A DNA stretch of 64,000 nucleotides, taken from assembly GCF_009914755.1 (NCBI RefSeq), contig NC_060933.1, one strand, 5' to 3'. This document shows positions 43,519 through 60,827 of the stretch, one piece after another. The position numbers were made by a program, and so were the translations under genes. The notes beneath the pieces are model-generated. The model searched no databases and was not told the DNA's origin. It saw only the letters and a program-made list of their open reading frames with translations. The first letter of the stretch is position 1. Each line of letters begins with the position of its first letter. This stretch comes from the human T2T-CHM13v2.0 reference genome, Homo sapiens.

Positions 43519-43639
43519 GCCGCCATTTTTTAAAGGGTCCGCAGCCTGACTCTGCCGAGTAAGGGGGGGTGGGGCGGGTGAGTCGGCCTCGCCAGTGCGC
43601 ATGCGCGAGGCCCGAGCCGCCGCTTTGGTCACAGTGACC
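43519..43639. promoter_or_regulatory. Candidate CpG-island core promoter: YY1 (43519-43530), GC box (43571-43578), NRF1 (43596-43607), ERE (43627-43639)
   Basis: Motifs GCCGCCATTTT, GGGGCGGG, TGCGCATGCGCG and GGTCAcagTGACC within 121 bp. Activity not shown. Confidence 0.65.
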
Positions 43640-44045
43640 GCCACCGTCGCCGGGGGATGGGTCCCTGAGACTTGGCGAAGTAGGAGCCCTGTGTGATCGT
43701 GCGTCAGAGTCGGGGCTGAGACCAGCCCTGGCCAGGGCAGTTACCAGGACGGTCTCCGGAGGCCGGGATTCGCGGAGGGTCCACCAGCAGGAAGAAACCC
43801 CAGGAGGAAGAAACCTCAGACAGATCGCCGGGGAGGCAGCGCGGGATCCCAGCCTCAGGCGTGCGCGGACGGTGTGCGGGTGAGTCTCCCCAAAAGTGGC
43901 GCCCTTGTGATGTCGAGGACAGGTCTCCCTGTGTGCCCGTGGGCTGCTGTCTCACCGGTGGCTCGTAGTCGCGGAGACCAGAACCCGGCAGCTTCAGGGG
44001 CTGCCTGGGGGTGGGTGTTACCTGCTGTATGTCTGTGTCCATTAT

Positions 44046-44047
<2 letters not shown>

Positions 44048-44080
<33 letters not shown>

Positions 44081-44153
44081 TGTGTGTCTGCGTGTGTGTG
44101 CGCGCGCGCGCGCGCGTGCGTGCGTGTCTGTGTGCCCACTACCGTCTCTCTCT

Positions 44154-44210
<57 letters not shown>
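44048..44210. repeat. Compound microsatellite (TG)n-(CG)n-(TC)n
   Basis: Visible runs. Confidence 0.95.
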
Positions 44211-44213
<3 letters not shown>

Positions 44214-45149
44214 CTCTCTCCCTTCTCGCTCTTTCCGTCGCCCTCGCTTTCTGTCTCTGTCCGTCTGTGTGTGCGTGCGCCTTGGGACACATGTTCCCTG
44301 TGCGCCGGAGGCTGGGTTTCTTGCACGTCGGCCTTTCTTCTGGTCAGCCTCTCCCCGCGTCTCTGCCTGGGTGTTGTGGCCGGTTGGCAATCGTTTTCCC
44401 GGCGGTTCCGGCTTGGGGGTCTGTGAAGGCCTGGGCAACGTGGGCATCTGCGTCGGAGCCGCAGGGGTTTTCATTCCCTCCCCATCCGGAGCAGCCTCTT
44501 TGCTAGGCTAGATCCAGACGACCGCTCCCCAACCAAGGACAACGGCCTCCCAGGCGCTCATTGTCCACCCGCAGGAGGGTGCCCGCAGACCTTCCAGAAG
44601 ATGCTTCTCACGCCTCTTGCCCTGCCCTCTGCCCTCATGGAGAAATCTAGCCACAGCTCGACGCAGGGACGGAGAAGGAAGCCGGCAAGGGGATGGGGCA
44701 AGCCTCTCTCTCACTCAAAGGCAGTATAGAAGTCCACCACAGAGGCATATCCAGTATGGTGCCCACCACCTCATCTTGGGGCTGGGTGAAGGGCAAGTGG
44801 CACTGCAGGAAATAGTAGCCTTGTTCTCTGTCCTCAATTTGTTCCAAGATTGCGGCCCACACCAGTGCTTGGGCTTGTGAGAATGGAGGGCTCTCCAACA
44901 GTTCAGAAACAAGCAGTCTGCCGCAGAGGTGAGAAGAGCAAAAGACACCCCCACCTATGCTTTTCCATGGAACATCAAGTCCCTCAGAGTATAATGTCTG
45001 CTGGGTTCTTGCTTCCTTATTTTTCTGTGTTCAAATTTCTTCTTGTGGTGCTCTAGCACACTTCCGTCTATATAGATATTGGAATTAACGATTATTTATC
45101 CATAACTTTGCTTTCTCTTTCTGAGAATAACTAGAGTCAAATATCTATA

Positions 45150-48050
45150 GTCAGTCATATTGAAGAAAAACCTCAGAAATATACTTCTTAGTAACTCAAC
45201 ACCCAAGAGCAAATCATAATGGAAATTATAAAATATTTTTAATTAAAAAATGTATACTACATTATAAAATGTGTCATTTTAGAGGAAAATGTAGAACCTT
45301 AAATTCTTATTTTATGAGGACAACAAATTAATTTTTAAAATGTTTTGAATTTATTGGTAGAAGTTAGAAATATCAACAGAAATAAAAGGAAATAATAAAT
45401 ACATGCATAGTGATTAAGAATACAGGGAAAGAAAAGTCAAGAAATATGGCCAAAAGTTTGTTAGTTGTTGTAGGAGCCATACAATAACAAAACTCTGGAG
45501 AAATGGCTTGATAAAATTAAGAGAAGAAACAAGTATGCCATCTCAGGAATCAAAATAGGAAATAATTATACATCAGGTGTCAAGAATTTTTTTTGTTTTT
45601 TGGAAAGGATCTGTTGGTAATTATTTTAGGTTTTTGGGCTATATGGTTTGTTGCAACTAATCAATTCTATTGTTGTGGCATAAATTGACAGTATGTCAAT
45701 GAATGAGCATGACAGTGTTCCAGTAATACTTTATTTATAAATACTGTCTGGCTTATTTGCCACAGTTTATTGAGTTTTGTTATAAATAATACAAATATCA
45801 AGAAGGTAAATTAGTATAGTATGAAAACGTTTAATTCAATAAATTTGGAAATATATGTAAAATGTGTACAATTACTTGAAACATGCATTTTTCCAAAAGT
45901 AACCTAAAGTGAAAAGAAAAATCTGAATTGTGCTACAACAAATGCATGTAATCAGTAGTCAGAAATCATATCATAAAGATAATTTCAAGCCATGATGACT
46001 TTACTGGCAAGTTGTTTCAAACATGAAACAAAACAATAATTCCAATCTTACATACAATTCTTTCTGAGCATGAAACAGGAAAGAACATACTCTATTTTAT
46101 TTTATTATGCTATTATGACTCTGATATTATAACCTGACAAGGATAGTAAAGGGAAAGTAAATTAAACACCAATGTAATTTATGAAAATATTGAAGGAAAA
46201 CTTAAAAAAGTTCCATGCAGAAATAAGCAATGCATTAAAATGTAAGACATCACAGCCAATGTTTATTCTAAGAAACCCTGGGAAGCAATAATGGCCTCAT
46301 GTAAAGGTATCAATTAATATGATACACCACAACAAATAACTTAACAATATTATAAGCATATTTAATTTTATTTTCTTAAAAAGTCATACATTTTAACAAC
46401 CCGAAATTAAAAGAGAATCTAGTTTAACTGATAACATTTGTTTTCAAAAGTTCTATTGAAATTATAACACTTAACAATGGAATGTTCAAATATTTCCTTT
46501 GTGATTGGGAACAAAATAAACATAGATGGTACAAGCAATTTTATTTATCCTTTTGCAGGTCTTAGACACTGGGATAGGATTGTAAATATTAAAAAAATAA
46601 GAATTATGAAAGAGAAAACAGATTACTATGTTACCGATGACACTAAGTACACAGAAAATTCAAAATGATTCTAAGATACATTATACTAATGAATATGAGC
46701 TTTTAGCAAGATGCTTTGACACAAACGTATTATGCAATATTGAAATGCATTTCAAATAAGTAGAGAACTTTATTTAGATGTGTCAATGTGGCTTACTCTC
46801 ACAAACATAGTATTTAGTGGCATGATTAAGTCACAAAAGAATACGTACAGTATAACTCAGTTTAAATAAAGTTCAAATAAACATAGACATAACATTGACA
46901 TAAATATATTCTTAATTGAAAGACTTTAATGAAATCACTTCTCCCCAAAATTAATCTTTGTAACTAGTGCATCCAAAGTAAAACCCAGTAAGGTTTGATT
47001 TAGATATTGACAAGCTAATTCTAGAATTTATGTAAACTCTAAAAATATTAAAATTCAGTTAATAATTTATTGAGGAAGGAAAAATATATTACAGGAAATA
47101 TAAGAATTAATGCAATGTGGTATTAACAAAGTAATAAATAATCAATGAAATGGAATAGGTAGACTACAGTAAGGAAAATATAAGAACCCATGATATGTAA
47201 GAAAGCTAGTATTATAGATCAGTGGTGAAAAATAAATTTGCCAATAAATGAGAGTGAGAAAACTGGCTATACATATGGAAAATAATTAAAGTGATTCTTT
47301 ACCTTATATAATATTTAACAATCAATTCCTTGGCAATCAATATTTAAATGTAAAGCCAGGCAAAAATTACAGAAAACCCGACAGTAAAACAAAGAAAATG
47401 GCTTGCACATGTGCTTTATAAAATGTACAATGTAAGTGTCCACCATACCTATTTAGAATCACTTTAACTTATTTTTAACACAAAAATGCAAATGAAAATG
47501 TTTTATATGTACATTATTACTTATACAAGAGATTGACCAAAAACGGTCTGACAAGACAGACTTCTGGCAAACATATAGAGCAATAATAATTTCATATGCT
47601 TTCCTGGAAATGGAAATTATATCCGTTTTAAAAAGAGGCTTGTATTACCCAGTAATATTGAAGATGACCATATATTCTAATCAGCAATTGGCTTTCACTC
47701 CTTATTTTGTATGTACATGGTTGGCCATTAAGAAATGTAATCCAAAATATTTACAGGCTCAGTTAAGTACTATAAGCAATGCAAAAGTTAAACAACTGTA
47801 GAATGTGGTAGATTCATACAGTGGAATACTACACTTTAGAAAAAAAATAGATAACTTTATTTAGATATGTTAATGTGGCTTACTCTCACAAACATAATAT
47901 GCAGTGGTATGATTAAGTCACAAAAGGATATGTACAATATAATTCAGTTTAAATAAAGTTCAAGAACACAAAACAGCAAGTTGGATTGTTTATAAAAGGT
48001 TTACTGGACACTAAATCTACAAAGATAATAATAGAAATTATTTTAACACA
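45150..48050 (+). mobile_element. Highly degenerate old L1 (L1M/L1ME-like) remnants, with a probable MER58-like DNA transposon at ~45610-45780
   Basis: A-rich strand bias and recognisable L1 3' fragments such as 'aatgtggtagattcatacagtggaatactac'. Confidence 0.55.
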
Positions 48051-51000
48051 TCCTTCAATTACCTTTCATTCCTCCAGAAATTTGTTGAAACCTCTTGAAT
48101 GCCTGTGACCTTTCTCATTTCCTCCACTGTTTAATTTCCTTTTATACTTTGTTTAAAACTTTGAATGGACATATGAGAGATGAAGTCATATTTTTCTAAA
48201 TAAGTTCAAAAATATTTTGCTTTAAAATATAAGTAGTGATTAAATTTCTAAGAATTGAGCAATAGTTGAATGTTATAAATTTAGTTTTCATGAATATTTC
48301 TCTCTCCACATTTCTTCTTCTCAACTTGCTCATATCCCTTCAAATGACAAAATACTTAGAAGTATTTGAGTCAAGTTAGATATATTTTTGAAGATATTAT
48401 TTGCTTATTTATCTATGAGAGGTCAACAACAACTTCCATGAATATTAGGAAAGCAAATGTCGGTAGCTCTATTCACTTCAATATTGAATTCACCTATATC
48501 TGAAATTTAAATGTCAGTGATAAGACTGACAGAAAGCGTCACACACTTTAGGTAACACAGCACTAAGTGGCAACACTTTAATATTGTCACTATTACATTT
48601 TTCAGATATACAATATATACTTTACCAAGAATCCTAGTCTATTATGTTCTAAGGATGAGCTGTCTTTATACAAATTCACAATAAATAGCTGTGTAAATAA
48701 GAGTTACCATTTTTATTTTATAGCATAAAATGTATTTCAATTAGTTGTACAAATCAGATATGTTATAAAAGAAACATCTTTCCTATTATTGAATTACCCA
48801 AAGTTGCTTACCTAACATAGAATCTTGTGGAGGAAAATAGGCCAGTGAAATTCAGTGATTATTCATTATGATCAAGGTGATTAGTACAGAAATCTCCATG
48901 ACTATTCTGTGCAGTGTCTTTTCTTTAACAATATTTTATAATCATTCTTATTTTTACTTTCTGTAGACAAATCCTTTCTTGTTTTGCCTCCTTTTAGGTA
49001 CTTTTGAGATTATAAAAGTATATAGTAAAAACAAATGCACACACAAAACTATTCGGTTGGTATACTTAATTTTGTTAGAATAGATTTAGTCCAGGTATAT
49101 TCCAGTGGTTTCTTACTGAGAGTTCATCCTAGTCCCCTGATTATTACTTGAGTGTTCACTGATGGTTTTTCCTTCTTGTTAACAGGAAATAGTTTTGGTT
49201 TCTGCTAAAAATGGCAGTTGTGTGAGTTTTATTTCTTAGAAAATAACTATATTTTATATTTGGTGAATATCTTAGTTTTGCATTTAATTTGCTAAGCAGA
49301 ATCAATGCAATCACTATCATATTCTATAGTTTTTCCTAACAGATTGATAGAGTAAAATGTATGGTTTTTCTAATTTTTAGCATTTGTGTCCAATAAAATG
49401 ACTTTATATAATTTTTTTCTTGTTGGTTCATTTTTTTTCCGGTCAAAGTTTCTTCTTTAGTTTCTCATATAATTGATTCAAAACTCCTAAGTGATGATCA
49501 CAGTAACCTTAGGTATTTCTTAATTCTCCATAATAAATATAGCATCTGAGTCTAATTTCTTCTGGGAGATTTATTAACTTTTAAGATAGCATGTGTCACT
49601 TACATAATCTAACAATGCATTTTGCATACTAAAATGATGAAACATTCTTAATGAATTTAAATAGCTACTTTATCAGAAACAGGAGTCATAGGTTGAATTT
49701 TTATGTGGGTAGTAGAGCTAAGAATATTTGTAAAACAGCTCTCCATGATGGGCTCCAACAGGATGAAGTAAGACCACCTACCAAGGAAGTAAGATCAGTC
49801 CCAAAATGAACTGTACATGAAATTCTGCTCTAAGATCTTTTTGCTTTTTAACATGATTTCAGAAAAGGCTAATTTTTGTAATGGACTACAATACTTGTTT
49901 TGCTACATAAGCTTTCAGGATTTTTTTTCTTTTATTTTTATTTTAAAATTAATTTTTGAGCAGCATTCTTGACTGCAAGAAAGCTTCTGTCAGTTTCCCA
50001 AATTACTCAAATAACATGTATTTTACACTGAAAATCATGAGCTCCTTAACTCAAAGCTTTTCCTTGTTGTTTTTGTAACTATTTACCATACAATTACTTG
50101 TAAATGAAATGTATAACATAAATATGCGCTAACATAAAGGAAGATGTTTAAATATTTTTTAGACTTCTGAAAAAAGATAAAACTCTCGGTTTTTAAGAAC
50201 ATTGTATCTTTCATTTTATCTTTCTTTCTCCTCCAAATATATTAATAACTATCCTTCTATTTGTTACGTTCTTTTACTTAAAGGGACTAAAGTATAAATC
50301 AGGTAATTAATACACAAAACTTTATTCTGTCCCTTGCTTGTAGCACTACTTCATTCCAGTTTCCTCAGAGTTTATTATATAAATCAGACAGATTTGTAAA
50401 TAAGTATTTTACAGTCTACATTTATTTGATTATGAAAATGGAAACAGAATAAAATGTGAAAAGATAACAAACTTTACTTGTGTGTTTCTCCATCTTTTCA
50501 AGTTGATCAGGTATATGGATGGCATTTTAAATAATGTGTTAAATTTAGAGAATGCATTAAATAGAAAAGAAAATTGTGGGAAATAGGAAAGCCTTTCCAT
50601 TAAGGGTTTAGATATAAAATGTTCTATTCAGTTACAAACTAAACCTAAAATGAGAGGGTTTTTTTGTTTAACTGAAAGAGCTAGAGAGTAATTAAAGGTA
50701 ATTGGCATGTTATTATTCTTAAAAGGTTCGCTTTTCTGTTCTAAGAATACCAGGGAACAATTGAATAGATAAAAAGCAAACTATAAATTGCCAAATAGAT
50801 CTTTTGTATAATAATACATCTCCCAAGACAAAAGATATTTCAGACCCATAAAAAATAAGGGAAGTGTATTTGCCTGACTGGTCTTGCATCTTGCCTGACC
50901 ACAATGAATTTGCATCAGATTTTAAACTCACAGAGTTATAAAATATCTTAATGTGTTAAGAGGGAATCAAAAGTGAATGTGATTAACTTGAAGGAACTAG

Positions 51001-51196
51001 TTGGCAGACTTTAACATTAGGCTAGTAGAAACTATTTAATAAATAAAACTGAAAGCAGAAAAATACTTTTCTTAAATAATTATTAGTGGCAGATTGATAC
51101 TGTTAATATTATTGATTCAATCTGGGAAGTCCTCCCTCTTGCCTTTTCTCTACCCAGATCTTGCATTCTTTTGCAAAATAAGAACAATACAAACTC

Positions 51197-51524
51197 ATTA
51201 TTATTATTATTATTATTATTTTTTTTTTTTTTTTTTTTTTTGGAGACAGAGTCTCGCTCTATCGCCCAGGCTGGAGTGTAGTGGCGCGATCTTGGCTCAC
51301 TCAACCTCCGCCTCCCGGGTTCACGCCGTTCTCCTGCCTCAGCCTCCCGACTAGCTGGGACTGCAGGCTCCCGCCACCATGCCCGGCTAAATTTTTGTAT
51401 TTTGTTTAGTAGAGACGGGGTTTCACCGTGTTAGCCAGGATGGTCTTGATCCCCTGACCTCGTGATCCGCCCGCCTCGGCCTCCCAAAGTGCTGGGATTA
51501 CACGCTTGAGCCACTGCGCCCGGC
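51197..51524 (-). mobile_element. AluY-like, CpG-rich, with (TAT)n/(T)n tail
   Basis: 'gggttcacgccgttctcc' and 'tttcaccgtgttagccaggatggtc' diagnostics; TSD acaaactcattatta. Confidence 0.95.
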
Positions 51525-51738
51525 AACAAACTCATTATTAAGTCACTTATTTACTATTCTATTCCTCAATGAACTCTTTTGTAGACTTCTACCCCATCTA
51601 TAACCAATGCAGTGGTACTCCTCCCTCTCATATTTAGTTTCTCAGCTCAAGTAAGACTTCCTCAGAGGTTTAATCTAATTAATCTTAATCTAATTAAAAT
51701 AGAAACCCTTACCCGTTTATTCTGTCCAAAGCAACATG

Positions 51739-51913
51739 TTTCCCCTCCCCTCCCCTTCCCCTCTCCTTCCCCTCCCCTTCCCTTCCCCTTCTCTTCCCCT
51801 TCTCTTCCCCTTCTCTTCCCCTTCCCTTCCCCTTCCCTTCCACTTCCTTTCCTTCCCCTTCTTTCCCCTTGCCTTCCTTCCTGCCTTCTTTCTTTTCCTT
51901 CTTTCTGTCTTTT
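51739..51913. repeat. Polypyrimidine (CCCTT/CTT-rich) low-complexity tract
   Basis: ~170 bp almost entirely C/T. Confidence 0.93.
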
Positions 51914-52287
51914 CTAATACAAGGCTTGACCACTGGGGTAAAATTGTCAAAATGTAAAAAGGAGATAATTAAAAAATAAATAGTACCTAAGTAGTATGCT
52001 AAAATATACATGGGGCAAGATCATCTTTGCATTTTATGCTTGGGTGCATTCTGGACTACCTTAATCTTTTTTTTTCTTCCCTAAGACAGAGTCTCTCTCT
52101 GTCATGCAGGCTGGAATGCAGTGGCACCATGATGACTCACTACAGCCTCCACCTCCGAGGCTCAAGTGATTAATCTTAAATAGTGCAATTATTCTATTTA
52201 ATCACAAATGTCAGCATCTCTTTTCTTTAGTTTTGGCACATGGTTTTCACCTTTTATCCTCTCTCTCTCTCTCTCTCCATGCTTCAT

Positions 52288-53095
52288 TATATTAGTTCCC
52301 TAGGCTATCACAACAAATTGACACAAACTAAATGACTTCAACAACAGCAATGTATTCTAAAATAGTTCTAGAGGCTAGAAGTCCTAAATACAGTGGGGCC
52401 ACACTCGCTCTGAGGTCCCTAGAGAGAATCCATTCTGTGGATCTTCCAGCTTCTGGGGGCTGCCAGCATTCCTTTACTCATGCGAGCATTCCTTTACCCC
52501 AGCTTCTGGGGGCTGCACCACTCCAATCTCTGCTCCCTGGTCACATTGCCTCCTCTTCTGTGTGTCAAGTCTCCCTCTGACTCACTCTTAAAAGAACATT
52601 TGTCAGGCCAGGCACAGTGGCTCACGCCTGTAATCCCAGCAATTTGGGAGGCCGAGGAGGGCGAATAACTTGAGGTCAGGAGTTTGAGACCAGCCTGGCT
52701 AACATGGTGAAACCCTTCCTCTAATAGAAGTATAAAAATTATCTGGGCATGATGGCAGGCGCTTGTAATCCCACTCCTCAGGAGGCTGAGGCAGGAGAGT
52801 TGCTTGAACCTGGGAGGCAGAGGTTGCAGTGAGCAGAGATTGCACCACTGCACTCCTCCAGCCTGGGCGAAAGAACAAGACTCCATCTCAAAAAAAAAAA
52901 AAAAAGAAGAACATTTGTCATTGAATTAAAGACCCGTGAGTATATTTCAGAATAAGCCCCTTCCCTTAAAGTCCTTAACTTAATCACAAGCATTGCCATA
53001 TAAGGTAATATTCACTGTTTAACGTGTCATTATATTCAAACATTCCAAGGATTAACGCGTCACATATCTTTTAGAAAAAACTATTCGGCCTACTA
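52288..53095 (-). mobile_element. MLT1-type LTR interrupted by an Alu (52606-52907, + strand)
   Basis: 'tattagttccctaggctatcacaacaaatt...ttctagaggctagaagtcc...ttaatcacaagc'; Alu TSD aagaacatttgtca. Confidence 0.8.
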
Positions 53096-54199
53096 AACTC
53101 GATGAGTCTTCATCTAGTGAGACTCAGGCCGAGTCAGATAAAAAGCTTTACAATATTCCACAGCTCTCTCTACACGTGTTAAAAACAAGGAGAAAGAGTT
53201 TCTCTTAAAATTTTAAGTTCACTAAAAATAGAACAAAAGCAGAAACAATTGAGGTTTTTGTGGTTGTTGCTGTTTGTGTCTTTATTTTTAAAGATTCTAC
53301 TTTGTACCATATATACATGGTAAATTATTCATTATCATATCTGCTTCTTTTTTTTCATTTGAAGTAATCATATTCCATGGAAAATATTTAAATTCCCAGG
53401 CATTGTTAGCTGTAGAGCTCATAAAATGTTCAATGCTTCAGTGAGTTGCAAATTGAAAACAGAAATAAATTCTTGGAGAAAAACTTGACAGTATTCTACA
53501 CACTTTGCTCTTGATTGATGTCATGTGGTGATTCCAATAAATGACTTTTTTCAAACAACTTAAACTATAACTGATTTAAGTAAATGGGGGTGCAATGGTT
53601 CTTTCTTATAGATCTCATCTGCTGAGATGCTATACACAGAATTTCAATCATCTTACCCTATGATTTTTCAAAGATGTATAAGAATGAATAATAATATTAT
53701 TATTCATTATTATTTATTCTAAAAATAAAAATAATTATATTCATTATTCTAAAAATAAATTTTTGTTTATTATTAATAAAATAACATATAAGGATACATT
53801 TATTTATTACAATCATGAAGATATTTAGAATGTACCATTTTCTAGGTAGTAAACTATTGCTTCACATATTTTTGTTCATTTAATCTTTATTTTTATAAGT
53901 CAACAACTATAGATATTATTTTATATTATTTATACTTTATAAAATATAATAAAGACATTTTAAAATATATATCAAATATATATTATAAAGTATTACATTA
54001 TAAAATATATATTTTATAAAGTAGATGACTATCAATATAGTCATTATATAGATGAGTAAACTGAGGCATATTGTTTCTATAAAAACCTCAAGAGCGCACA
54101 TAAAATAAATGCTGCAGTCAATGAGCCAAAACATCATACTAAGGATTTTGCTTCCAGAAGCTGCACTCTTAACTACTAGGCTCTAATGCCTCTTTTTAT

Positions 54200-59028
<4,829 letters not shown>

Positions 59029-59520
59029 TGTGCACAAGACAAGGATGCCCTCTCTCACCACTCCTGTTCAACATAGTATTGGAAGTCCTTGCCAAAACAG
59101 TTAGGCAAGAGAAAGAAATAAAGGGTACCCAAATAGGAAGAAAGGACGTCAAACTATCCCTGTCTGTGGATTACATGATCCTATATGTAGAAAACTTTAT
59201 AGGCCCAAAAGCTTAAGGCCCGAAAGCTCCTTAAGATGAAAAACACCTTTGGCAGAGTCTCAGGATACAAAAAGAACATACAAAAATTACTCGCATTCCC
59301 ATACACCAACAAGAGTCAAGCGGAGAGCCAAATCAGGAATGCAATCTGATTCACAATTGCTGCAAAAAGAATCAAATACCTAGGAATACAACTAACTAGT
59401 GAGGTGAAAGATCTCTGTAAGAACTAAAAACACCAAAGATATCAGAGAGGATGAAACAAATGAAAAAACATTCTATGCTCATGGATAGGAAGAATCAATA
59501 TCATTAAAATGGCCATATTG
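59029..59520 (+). mobile_element. Internal L1 ORF2 (RT region) fragment, truncated at both ends
   Basis: Translates [20 protein letters not shown]...[15 protein letters not shown]; stops abruptly after 'aaaatggccatattg'. Confidence 0.9.
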
Positions 59521-60827
59521 TCCTTATTTTCAAGTATGCTATTGCGCTCTATGACTGATCCAAACTCCTGCCAGATATAATTCTAAAAATCTGTTTGTTA
59601 ATTTTATTATTTTATTTTTGGATTTTTAAATGCTTGGGAATTGGGAGATATGCACAATTGTCTTTGCTTTGTTCACAAAATTAAATGCGTATTTGGGTAC
59701 TTATAGGACACTATTTGTAAAAACATTTATTTCTTCAGACATTGATGGTCTTGTCCCAGTTATTAACAACATCTACATGTTTAAGAATAAATTTTCTATC
59801 TACTTCTTATTCCATTGAAAATTACCTTTCTATCCTCCTACTCTGGAAGTCTTTATGATTCTGTCCTAATCATTAGTATCCCATTGCTTCTTCAAGAGAT
59901 GTCTGTCAGTAGAATTTCTCCATTAATATAAGTTCATACTTCTATGAAAACTTTAAATCTCAAATCTACAGTATTTCTAGTTCTAAAAAATATTTAAATT
60001 AGTTCTTTAATTATTTCCATCTTTATGTTTACTTTCCTTTTTTTCTAGCATTTTAAACAACTTTACGTCAACAATTCTTTATCTTCACTTTACCTCCCTT
60101 TACCTTTCTTCATTTTTTCCTAGCCATTGGGTTCAGAGAAAATTATTCAACTTTTAAACTTCAAACTTGCTAGATCTATATTTAACTATGTCTATTGTTC
60201 TCTTCAGAACATCTGTTGAGTTTTTAATCCAAGAGCTATTATCAGTATTTTCTAAAATGTAACCTCTTCTTGCATGTCTCTGAAGATATGAATTACACTT
60301 ACTGTAATTACATTTGTTTCTTTTCTTAATTCTGATTCTCTGAAATTACTTATTCTGTTTGCTAAGTTTTGTATCTTCTTTCTTGTTTTTCTTAAAAGTT
60401 GGGTGACAATATTTTACATGGGTAGTTTTTCTGTTAATCATAGCTTATCTCCAATGATTAGGAAAATAACAACTATGAAGTAGGACAAAGTAACCTGGTT
60501 TCTTGTGTTTTAGCATTGCTGCTCCCTGTTCCTTCCTGGTTTTGTTAATTACCTGAGACTCTGCCCTGTTGATGTTAGTCAGATTCTAAGACTCACCTTG
60601 CCAAGCAAGCACTGCTTTGTTATTCCAAAGTGAAGTTCATTCTTACTTTGTCTGGAAAGCAGTCTCTGCATCTTTTACCTCATTATTTCCCTCCTTTCAT
60701 ATTATGTTTCTTCCTTTACCAATTTTAATGGAGCTTCCCCTTTTTTGTCTCTAAGATCTCCTTCTCTATCTCAAAAACAAAACAAAAAAACATTATCAGC
60801 ATTAACATATACAACAGAGAGCTTCAT

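Larger units (their letters stand above)
42772..44720. repeat. REP522-like (FAM27-type) GC-rich repeat / CpG island
   Basis: CpG-dense, with 'gccgccattttttaaagggtccgcagcctgactctg...gtgcgcatgcgcgaggcccgagcc' and a downstream TG/CG/TC microsatellite. Family from recall. Confidence 0.68.

Noticed and set aside
43855-44511. ER/HT/SL-repeat ORFs resembling FAM27-type predicted proteins
   Set aside because: Encoded by dinucleotide microsatellites; no evidence of coding constraint.
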